From NCBI GenBank assembly GCA_022729705.1, contig DZAX01000005.1, forward strand, positions 11,704 through 75,703: a stretch of 64,000 nucleotides of DNA, in the 5' to 3' direction. The notes beneath the pieces were generated by a model. The model did not search any database. It saw only the letters and a list, made by a program, of their open reading frames with translations, and was not told where the DNA came from. Each line of letters begins with the position of its first letter. Position 1 is the stretch's first letter. Both the position numbers and the translations under genes were made by a program. This document shows positions 17,238 through 25,422 of this stretch, in pieces. This stretch comes from Helicobacter cetorum (lineage in GTDB: Bacteria; Campylobacterota; Campylobacteria; Campylobacterales; UBA6016).

Positions 17238-19904
17238 ATGACAGTTGGGCAGATAGAAAACAATCTTAATATCCTTATCGAAAAAATATCAAATGATTCG
17301 TTTGTATTTGACCTACTACTTGCTTTTGGTTTCCCCAATGCCACCATAAAGAGACTGCAAAACAGCGAACATAATCAACTGCTTTTTTTAGGGGAGTTGG
17401 CGCTTAGAAAGCATCTGTTTTTTAAGGTATCGACGGCGGATGAGCTGTATTCCACACTGGAAACATTATCCGCAGACCCAAGGGTAGTCAAGCACTCTTC
17501 ACGGTTTATCATCGTTACAGATTTCAATCAACTGCTTGCACTTGACACCAAGACAAAAGACACCCTTGACATCGTGATGACCGACATAGCCAAGCGCTAT
17601 GATTTTTTCTTACCGTGGGCTGGCATGGAAAAAGCCACATATCAGGACGAAAACCCTGCCGATGTCAAAGCATCTCTCAAGATGGCGAAGCTATACGACG
17701 AGCTACAAAAAAACAACTCTTTCAAGACAAAAGACGAGATACACTCGCTAAATGTGTTTTTGACGAGGCTACTGTTTTGCTATTTCGCAGAAGATACAAA
17801 TATCTTTGCCGATAATGTATTTACCGAGTCAATCGCATCGCATACGGCTGTTGATGGAAGCGACCTAGATACATATCTCTCACGACTATTTGAAATATTT
17901 AACACACCAGAAAAAGACAGAGACAAAGGCATCCCAGCCTATCTAAATGCCTTTCCATATGTGAACGGCGGACTCTTTAGCCAGAGTCACCCAGTACCGA
18001 AGTTTACCGCCAAGTCAAGAGCCGTGATGATAGAAGTCGGCGGGCTAAACTGGTCGGAGATAAACCCGGATATATTTGGCTCTATGATACAAGCGGTGGT
18101 AACACCGGAGCACCGTGGCACTATGGGCATGCACTACACAAGTATGCCAAATATCATGAAAGTCATTGAGCCGCTGTTTTTGGACGAACTGTACGACGAG
18201 CTCAAAAGAAGCTTTGACAACAAAACAAAACTCCTCGCTCTTCACAAACGCATAGCCAAAATCAAAATCTTTGACCCAGCTTGCGGAAGCGGAAACTTCC
18301 TCATTATCTCTTACAAAAAACTCCGAGAACTGGAAATAAGCATCTTAAAAAGAATCGATACCTTGTCAGCTCAACCAAGCTTCACATTTAGCGAAATCAA
18401 ACTCACACAGTTTTACGGCATAGAGCTAGACGACTTCGCCCACGAGGTGGCTATGCTCTCGCTATGGCTTGCCGAACATCAGATGAATCTGGAGTTTTAT
18501 AAGGCGTTTGACAGGACTACTCCGAGTTTGCCGCTACAAGAGGGCGGGAATATCGTTTGCGGAAACGCTACAAGGCTAGATTGGAGCGATGTTTGCCCAA
18601 AAAATGAGGGTGATGAGATTTATGTTTTGGGTAATCCGCCGTATTTGGGAGCAAGTATTCAAGCAAAAATACACAAAGAAGATATGGCAACAGTTTTTAA
18701 GGGCATTAAAAATTATAAAAACTTAGACTATATATCTTGTTGGTTTTATATTGGCTCACACTATATTCAAAATATAAATGCAAAAGTGGCTTTTGTTACT
18801 ACAAACTCAATTTGTCAAGGCGAACAAATTGAATATTTATGGACTCATTTATTAAAAAATTCAGAAATATTTTTTGCCCATCAATCTTTTAAATGGAAGA
18901 ACAGTGCAAAAGATAACGCAGGCGTTATAGTTGCAATTATTGGTTTAGCGAATAAAAGCAACATAACAAAAAAATGGCTTTTTAGGGAAAGCGTCAAGCA
19001 AGAAGTTGGTTTTATTAATGCGTATTTAGCAAACTCTAGTGTATCAATTATTGCAAAAAAAACCAAACCAATTTCTAAATTGTCAAAAATGGTTTTGGGC
19101 GATGCTCCAAAAGATGGTGGTAATTTAATTTTGTCCGCATTAGAAAAAGACGAGCTAATTTTTAAATATTCGGATATAGCAAAAATAATTTATAAATATA
19201 TTGGAGCTAGCGAATTTATAAGAGGACAAAAGAGATGGTGTTTATGGATTGAGGATTCAAATTTAGAACTAGCAACTTCAATACCGGAGGTTAGACACAG
19301 AATAGAAAAAGTAAGAACTATGAGGTTGAACAGCAAAAAAGAAGCTACGCAAGAGTATGCAAAAATGCCTCATAGGTTCGTAGAGATTCGATACAGAAAA
19401 ACTGAATCTACAATTATAATTCCAAATGTGTCTTCTGAGCGTAGAGAATATATTCCTATTGGTTTTTTGAATAGTGAAACAATTATTGCAAATTCTGCAA
19501 GTGCTATTTACGGTGGTTCTATTATTGATTTTGGAGTATTAACATCAAAAATGCACATGGTATGGATGCGAACAGTCGCAGGAAGATTAAAAACAGATTA
19601 CCGTTATTCATCGGCTCTAGTTTACAACACATTCCCATTTCCAAATATCTCACAAACCCAAAAAGACGAGCTAACAGAATTTGCATTTGGCGTTTTAGAC
19701 GAACGAGAATATCACAGCGAAAAAACACTAGCCCAGCTCTACGACCCGAACAAAATGCCGGAGGGCTTACGCAAAGCACATCATGCGCTAGATATTGCCA
19801 TAGAAAAATGCTACCGCCAAAAACCGTTTGAAAGCGACGAAGAACGCCTCGAATATCTTTTTAAGATGTATGAAGAGATGACGGGGAAGGAGAATAAAAG
19901 ATGA
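17238..19904 (+). CDS. MmeI-family (type IIL / BREX PglX-like) N6-adenine DNA methyltransferase with TRD; N-terminal nuclease motif apparently degenerate (888 aa)
   Basis: Collinear with MmeI as I recall it: LTRLLFCYFAEDTNIF, AFPYVNGGLF, MHYTS, motif I FDPACGSGNFLI (18273-), motif IV GNPPY (NPPY 18633-18644), SICQGEQ, YRYSSALVYNTFPFP, LAQLYDP..MPEGLRKAHHALD. Where MmeI has D..EMK, this protein reads LGELALRKH (17394-17414). Confidence 0.85.
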   Translation: MTVGQIENNLNILIEKISNDSFVFDLLLAFGFPNATIKRLQNSEHNQLLFLGELALRKHLFFKVSTADELYSTLETLSADPRVVKHSSRFIIVTDFNQLLALDTKTKDTLDIVMTDIAKRYDFFLPWAGMEKATYQDENPADVKASLKMAKLYDELQKNNSFKTKDEIHSLNVFLTRLLFCYFAEDTNIFADNVFTESIASHTAVDGSDLDTYLSRLFEIFNTPEKDRDKGIPAYLNAFPYVNGGLFSQSHPVPKFTAKSRAVMIEVGGLNWSEINPDIFGSMIQAVVTPEHRGTMGMHYTSMPNIMKVIEPLFLDELYDELKRSFDNKTKLLALHKRIAKIKIFDPACGSGNFLIISYKKLRELEISILKRIDTLSAQPSFTFSEIKLTQFYGIELDDFAHEVAMLSLWLAEHQMNLEFYKAFDRTTPSLPLQEGGNIVCGNATRLDWSDVCPKNEGDEIYVLGNPPYLGASIQAKIHKEDMATVFKGIKNYKNLDYISCWFYIGSHYIQNINAKVAFVTTNSICQGEQIEYLWTHLLKNSEIFFAHQSFKWKNSAKDNAGVIVAIIGLANKSNITKKWLFRESVKQEVGFINAYLANSSVSIIAKKTKPISKLSKMVLGDAPKDGGNLILSALEKDELIFKYSDIAKIIYKYIGASEFIRGQKRWCLWIEDSNLELATSIPEVRHRIEKVRTMRLNSKKEATQEYAKMPHRFVEIRYRKTESTIIIPNVSSERREYIPIGFLNSETIIANSASAIYGGSIIDFGVLTSKMHMVWMRTVAGRLKTDYRYSSALVYNTFPFPNISQTQKDELTEFAFGVLDEREYHSEKTLAQLYDPNKMPEGLRKAHHALDIAIEKCYRQKPFESDEERLEYLFKMYEEMTGKENKR

Positions 19905-20293
19905 GTAATTTAACATTTTCGGCATTTCAGTTAATAGTTGATGAAAAAGTTCCAAATATAAGTAATTTTATCGAATATAGAAATGAACAGTATGATACTA
20001 AAGATAATATTTATAGGGTCACTACTAAACAAATTAAAAATAAATATTATTGGATTTATATGGAATATGGTGGGGAATTGCCTTATGGTGAAAAGGTATA
20101 TGACAAGGAAAAATCAGAAATATTGAATAATCCAAGAACAAAAAGTCAAGCTGAGTTAAATAAGCAACTTTTCTGTCTTTATGATTTTGAACAACATACT
20201 TTTTATATTTCAGATGGCAGGAAAAAAGGCTTTCTTGAAGAATATTTAAAATACAAATTATCAAAAGATATAGTGATTAAGAGATTTTTTTAA
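19901..20293 (+). CDS. hypothetical protein, 5' part of a probably frameshifted gene (130 aa as read)
   Basis: ATGA overlap with the methyltransferase stop. Very AT-rich. The ORF ends in a T7 tract (20285-20291) and a stop-free continuation runs in the +1 frame over 20292-20492. Confidence 0.5.
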   Translation: MSNLTFSAFQLIVDEKVPNISNFIEYRNEQYDTKDNIYRVTTKQIKNKYYWIYMEYGGELPYGEKVYDKEKSEILNNPRTKSQAELNKQLFCLYDFEQHTFYISDGRKKGFLEEYLKYKLSKDIVIKRFF

Positions 20294-20540
20294 AAGTCCA
20301 GAACAATTTCTTGAACATGTTAAAACAATCGAAAGTATAAGTTTTACTTCAAAACACAATCTTTTTTCTAACCTAAAAGATATATTTGGAGAACCGAATG
20401 ATATATTTGGCTTAGGACAGCCAGAAAATTTTAAAATGGATATTACCTACAATGAAAGAAAAATGACGGAAAGTTTTAAAACAAAATTTTAGGAAGATAC
20501 GAACAAAGTGCAGTACAAGAAAATTTATTAAACATATTAG

Positions 20541-21002
20541 ATGGATTACAAAATGTATAGTGAACATATAAAAATTTTATTTTTAACAACTATAGGTATT
20601 TTTATAATATGCTTTTCTATTGATGTTTCCATTAGTGAATCATTAATGCAAAACTTTATCACTTTTCTTTCAATTACATTCGGTTTTTATATGACAAGTC
20701 TATCAGTTTTGTACGATTCAAAATATATTAAAAAACTATATGATGAAATTGACCCTAAAAAACCAACTCAACGAAAAATACATACCTTAAAAAGTTATTT
20801 TAAAGCTAGTGCTTATTGGTCTTTGTTTTCTATTGGCTTATTAATGATTTATTCCTTAGCTACAAAAGTTGAAAGCAATATTTTGGTTTTAAGTACTTTT
20901 TTTGAGAGTCTTTTGGTTTTTATTGTTTTTGTAAATTTTGTCTTTATGTTTCTGTTGTTTAATGTATTTATTAATGGCTTGGTTGAAGAGGCGGCAAAAT
21001 GA
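20541..21002 (+). CDS. small integral membrane protein, about 4 TM segments (153 aa)
   Basis: Four hydrophobic stretches (ILFLTTIGIFIICFSI, FITFLSITFGFYMTSLSVL, YWSLFSIGLLMIYSLA, LLVFIVFVNFVFMFLLFNVFI). ATGA overlap with the next gene. No family recognised. Confidence 0.55.
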   Translation: MDYKMYSEHIKILFLTTIGIFIICFSIDVSISESLMQNFITFLSITFGFYMTSLSVLYDSKYIKKLYDEIDPKKPTQRKIHTLKSYFKASAYWSLFSIGLLMIYSLATKVESNILVLSTFFESLLVFIVFVNFVFMFLLFNVFINGLVEEAAK

Positions 21003-21985
21003 CAGAAAATAGCAATATCCTAATCTACCAAAACGAAAGCGGCAATATCAAAGTCGATGTGAGTTTTGTTGACGGCTCCGTATGGCTATCGCAAGCACAA
21101 ATTTGTGAACTATTTGGCAAAGCAAAATCAACGATTAGTGAGCATATTAGTGCTATTTTTGAAGATGGTGAGCTGGATAGAGAGTCAGTTGTTCGGAATT
21201 ACCGAACAACTGCGAGTGACGGCAAGAGCTACGGTGTAGATTACTACAATCTCGATATGATAATCGCTATAGGCTTTAGGGTAAGGTCATCAACAGGAAC
21301 AAAATTTAGAATCTGGGCAAATGAAAAGCTACGAGAGTACATCACAAAAGGTTTTGTGCTAAACGATGAACGATTTAAAAACGGTACTTCTATGAGCTAC
21401 TTCGACGAACTTCAACAGCGTCTGCGTGAAATCAGGCTTTCAGAACGATTTTTTTATCAAAAAATCAAAGACATCTATATGACAAGTAAAGACTATGACT
21501 CAAAAAATGAAAAGACCATAGAGTTTTTCAAAATCGTACAAAACAAACTACTATGGGCTGTATCTTCTCAAACTGCCGCAGAATTAGTCCATAATAGAGT
21601 GGATATGAGCAAACCTCTTTTGGGGATGAACTCTTTTGATAAAGACTCTAAAAATGTAACAAAAAAAGATGTGAGTATCGCCAAAAATTATCTGGATGCA
21701 GAGGAAATAAAGCTACTTGGTCTTTTGGTTGAGCAGTATTTGGCATTTGCGGAAACTATGGCGATGCAGCAAAGACCGATGTACATGAAAGACTGGATAA
21801 CGAGGCTGGATATGGTTATATCGCTAAACGGCAGGGAGCTTTTGACCCATGCGGGGAAAATCAGCCACGAAATTGCAAAAGCAAAAAGCGAACTAGAGTA
21901 TGGCAAATACAAAGATGTACAGAAAGAACAACAAAAGATTCAGAGCATCAAAGAGCTTGAAGAGGACATAAAGAGGCTAAAATGA
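20999..21985 (+). CDS. RhuM-family (virulence/RhuM) protein (328 aa)
   Basis: N-terminal ILIYQNESGNIKVDV...VWLSQAQICELFGKAKSTISEHI..IFEDGELD..SVVRNYRTTASDGKSY.VDYYNLDMIIAIGFRV.S..GT.FRIWA is the characteristic RhuM signature, seen frequently inside R-M and defence loci. Confidence 0.8.
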   Translation: MTENSNILIYQNESGNIKVDVSFVDGSVWLSQAQICELFGKAKSTISEHISAIFEDGELDRESVVRNYRTTASDGKSYGVDYYNLDMIIAIGFRVRSSTGTKFRIWANEKLREYITKGFVLNDERFKNGTSMSYFDELQQRLREIRLSERFFYQKIKDIYMTSKDYDSKNEKTIEFFKIVQNKLLWAVSSQTAAELVHNRVDMSKPLLGMNSFDKDSKNVTKKDVSIAKNYLDAEEIKLLGLLVEQYLAFAETMAMQQRPMYMKDWITRLDMVISLNGRELLTHAGKISHEIAKAKSELEYGKYKDVQKEQQKIQSIKELEEDIKRLK

Positions 21986-23898
21986 CAAATTTGATAGAAG
22001 TAGAATACCACCAAACAGGCGAGAGCAAAAAGACAAATAGATACGGCATGAGGGAAATGCAGGAAAAAGCATTTGCCGCAAGAGCCGTGCAGTATCTGCT
22101 ACTCAAAGCCCCTCCGGCCTCAGGCAAATCAAGAGCCTTGATGTTTATAGTGCTTGATAAACTAGAGAATCAGGGCATAGACAAAGCAATCGTAGCTGTA
22201 CCAGAACGGTCTATCGGCGGTTCATTTGCCGATACAGACCTAAAAGCAGATGGATTTTTCGCCTCATGGGAACCAAATCCTCATTACAACCTCTGTACGG
22301 GCGGAGGCGAGACAAGCAAAGTTCATACATTCAAAAAATTCCTCTCAAGCGATGAGAAGATACTTATCTGCACCCATGCTACGCTTAGATTTGCGTTCAA
22401 AGAGCTTGAAGACTCACGGTTTGATAATATTTTGCTTGCTATTGACGAATTTCATCATGTATCAGCCGACGGTGACAATCAACTCGGTGAAGTCATCAGA
22501 ACCGTAATGCAAAACTCGAATGCGCATATCATAGCGATGACCGGCTCATATTTTAGGGGTGATAGTATACCTGTTTTGCTTCCAGAAGATGAGGCAAGGT
22601 TTACAAAAGTGACCTACAACTACTACGACCAGCTAAATGGCTATGAATATCTAAAATCTCTCGGTATAGGCTATCACTTTTATCAAGGCAAATATACGAG
22701 TGCGATAAATGAAATATTGGACACAGACAAAAAAACAATACTACACATTCCAAATGTAAACTCCGGCGAATCCACAAAAGATAAACACAAAGAGGTAGAT
22801 ACTATTCTTGATATTATCGGGGAAGTTCAAGAAGTTACAACGGACGGCGTTATACTTGTCAAAAGACATGACGACGGTAAGATTGTAAAAGTAGCCGACT
22901 TGGTTGACGATGACCAAAAGCGACGAGATAAAATAGTCGCTTATCTGCGAAATACCAAGAACGAAGAAGATATGGATCTCATCATCGCCCTTGGTATGGC
23001 AAAAGAGGGGTTTGACTGGTCATTTTGCGAGCATGCTCTTACCGTAGGATACAGAAGCTCATTGACTGAAATCATCCAAATCATAGGGCGAGCAACAAGG
23101 GATAGCAAAAATAAAACCCATGCACAATTTACAAACCTAATCGCCCAGCCGGATGCAGAGGATTTGCAAGTAAAACTATCGGTAAATAATATGCTCAAAG
23201 CGATAACCGCTTCACTGCTGATGGAGCAAGTTTTGGCTCCAAACTTCAAGTTCAAACCAAAATTTGATGATGATAATGAACCACTTCAAAAAGGCGAGCT
23301 AAAAATCAGGGGGTTCAAGAAGCCCTCAAGCAAAAGAGTAGAAGATATACTAGAATCAGACCTCAACGACCTCAAAGCCACAATCTTGCAAGATGAACAA
23401 ATGATAAAAGCAATACCCGGAAATGTTGACCCAGAGGTTATAAACAAGGTACTTATTCCAAAAATTATCAAAGTGAAATATCCTGATTTGAATGACAACG
23501 AAATAGAAGAGATTCGCCAGCATGTAGTCGTTGATAGTGTTATAAAAAACGGTCATATTATTGACCAAGGCGGCAAAAAATTTATCAAAATGGCAAACAA
23601 ATTTGTAAATATTGATGATTTGCGCATCGACCTTATAGATCAAGTAAATCCATTCCAAAGAGCCTTTGAGATTTTGTCAAAATCAGTGACAACGCAAGTG
23701 CTAAAGCTTATACAAGAAAGCATTGAGTCTACGAGAATAGAGATGACGCCTGAAGAGGCAGTGATTTTATATAGGAAAATTCCAGCTTTCAAAAGCGAAC
23801 ACGGCAGGATGCCGGATATTAATGCAAACGACTTTCAAGAAAAAAGAATGGCAGAAGCAATAATATATTTGAATAAACTCAAAAGAGAAAGAGCCTAA
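21982..23898 (+). CDS. SF2 DEAD/DEAH-box (ResIII-like) helicase with about 240-aa C-terminal extension (638 aa)
   Basis: Walker A KAPPASGKS, motif II AIDEFHH (DExH), motif III MTGS, motif VI QIIGRATRD. ATGA overlap with the RhuM gene. 1-nt overlap (TAATG) with the next gene. Confidence 0.8.
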   Translation: MTNLIEVEYHQTGESKKTNRYGMREMQEKAFAARAVQYLLLKAPPASGKSRALMFIVLDKLENQGIDKAIVAVPERSIGGSFADTDLKADGFFASWEPNPHYNLCTGGGETSKVHTFKKFLSSDEKILICTHATLRFAFKELEDSRFDNILLAIDEFHHVSADGDNQLGEVIRTVMQNSNAHIIAMTGSYFRGDSIPVLLPEDEARFTKVTYNYYDQLNGYEYLKSLGIGYHFYQGKYTSAINEILDTDKKTILHIPNVNSGESTKDKHKEVDTILDIIGEVQEVTTDGVILVKRHDDGKIVKVADLVDDDQKRRDKIVAYLRNTKNEEDMDLIIALGMAKEGFDWSFCEHALTVGYRSSLTEIIQIIGRATRDSKNKTHAQFTNLIAQPDAEDLQVKLSVNNMLKAITASLLMEQVLAPNFKFKPKFDDDNEPLQKGELKIRGFKKPSSKRVEDILESDLNDLKATILQDEQMIKAIPGNVDPEVINKVLIPKIIKVKYPDLNDNEIEEIRQHVVVDSVIKNGHIIDQGGKKFIKMANKFVNIDDLRIDLIDQVNPFQRAFEILSKSVTTQVLKLIQESIESTRIEMTPEEAVILYRKIPAFKSEHGRMPDINANDFQEKRMAEAIIYLNKLKRERA

Positions 23899-25049
23899 TG
23901 CTTTCGCTTGAAGAAATACTTAAGAGTGACCCGCTGGGGCTTTTGGGTGAGGTAAAAGCTCAAAATAGGGCGGCAACCGAAGATGAGAGACTTGTAGCCT
24001 CATTTAACGAAATAAATGATTTTATTGATATGCATGGCATGGAGCCGGCAAAATCAACGGATATGAATGAAAGGACACTTTTTTCTAGACTTCAAGGGTT
24101 AAGAGAGCATCCTGACAAGACAAAAGCCTTGAAGCCATATGACCGCTACAATCTTCTGCAAGAAGTAGAAAGTAACTCCATTGATGACATCCTAAACAAC
24201 GATGCTTTCGGTCTGCTTAGTGATGATGCAGATACCGTTTTTGAACTAAAGCATGTTCCAAAGCATAAAGAAATTGCTCAGGCCGACTTTATCGCTTCGA
24301 GAAAACCGTGCAAAGAGTTTGATAAATATGAAATACTATTTAAAGAGTGCCAGCAGGATTTGAGAGATGGCAAAAGAAGGCTTGTAAGATTCAATGAAAA
24401 ATTCATGGAAGAAGGAAGTTTTTTTATTCTTAAAGGGGTAATGGTCTATCTTGAAAAAATAGTTTCAGCCGCCAAAGATAAACACAATAAGATGGATGGT
24501 AGAACATATTGTGTATTTGAAAATGGCACAGAGTCAAATATGCTTATGAGATCTCTTGGAAGGGGGCTTTATGAGGATGGCTATTTCGTAAGCAAACACG
24601 AAGACAGGCTTCTCGATAAATTTGCAAATATAGCAGATGCAGACAAGCGAAGCGGTTTTATATATATCTTAAAATCAAAAAGTACATCTGAAAAAATACA
24701 ATCCATCAAAAATCTATACAAAATAGGCTACTCCACAATAGAAGTTAAGGAGCGAATAAAAAATGCCGAAAACGAACCAACATACTTAATGGCTCCCGTT
24801 TCAGTTGTAAGTATCTATGAATGCTACAATATGAACACTCAGAAGTTTGAACAGTTGATTCATAAATTTTTTGGTAAAGTTTGTCTCAATATAGATATTT
24901 TTGGAAATGATGGACAAAGATATAGCCCAAGAGAATGGTTTGTAGCGCCATTGGACATCATCGAGCAGGCTATTGAGCTAATAATCAGCGAGGAAATAAT
25001 ACATTATCGTTATGACGAGATTGCCAATGGGATTAGGGTTGCAAAATAG
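23898..25049 (+). CDS. T5orf172/MUG113-domain (GIY-YIG superfamily) protein with unrecognised about 240-aa N-terminal region (383 aa)
   Basis: C-terminal GFIYILKSKS...LYKIGYSTIEVKERIKN...REWFVAPLDIIEQAIELI fits the T5orf172 pattern (GxhYhL, KIGxT, R, EWF). Confidence 0.7.
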   Translation: MLSLEEILKSDPLGLLGEVKAQNRAATEDERLVASFNEINDFIDMHGMEPAKSTDMNERTLFSRLQGLREHPDKTKALKPYDRYNLLQEVESNSIDDILNNDAFGLLSDDADTVFELKHVPKHKEIAQADFIASRKPCKEFDKYEILFKECQQDLRDGKRRLVRFNEKFMEEGSFFILKGVMVYLEKIVSAAKDKHNKMDGRTYCVFENGTESNMLMRSLGRGLYEDGYFVSKHEDRLLDKFANIADADKRSGFIYILKSKSTSEKIQSIKNLYKIGYSTIEVKERIKNAENEPTYLMAPVSVVSIYECYNMNTQKFEQLIHKFFGKVCLNIDIFGNDGQRYSPREWFVAPLDIIEQAIELIISEEIIHYRYDEIANGIRVAK

Positions 25050-25074
25050 ACTTTTGACACATGAAGTTTATTTG

Positions 25075-25422
25075 CTAGTTCTTAAAATTCAAACACAAAC
25101 ACTCAATCAACTCTTCATATTCCACACTCGACAGTGTCGCTATTTTCTCGCCGATACGCTTTTTTGAGATAGCTCTGACATGGTTTATCAAAATATCGGA
25201 GTTTTCTTTGAGTTTTTCTCTACTTTTTAGCCTCATTCGGTACGGCTTCATGTCGTCCATAAGCGAAGTTGAGAGCGGCATGACTACGACGGTGTCTAAT
25301 ACGGAGTTTTCATCGTCGCCGGAGATAATGACGGCGTGGCGAATTTTACCTACTTCGTCGCCTTTTTTTGGGTTGAAGTTGATGGTGACTATATCGCCTC
25401 TTTTATAGCCCATCATCCACAC
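25075..25422 (-). CDS. MazF/PemK-family type II toxin (115 aa; start may be Met4 at 25413)
   Basis: KRGDIVTINFNP.KGDE.GKIRHAVIIS...VVVMPLSTS matches the PemK/MazF N-terminal pattern. Overlaps the upstream antitoxin gene. Confidence 0.8.
   Translation of the reverse strand: MWMMGYKRGDIVTINFNPKKGDEVGKIRHAVIISGDDENSVLDTVVVMPLSTSLMDDMKPYRMRLKSREKLKENSDILINHVRAISKKRIGEKIATLSSVEYEELIECLCLNFKN

Noticed and set aside
19055-19062. An A8 tract inside the methyltransferase TRD region, as a possible phase-variation switch.
   Set aside because: The tract is short and the gene is intact in this sequence. AT-rich coding DNA contains such runs by chance, and there is no evidence of length heterogeneity from a single sequence.
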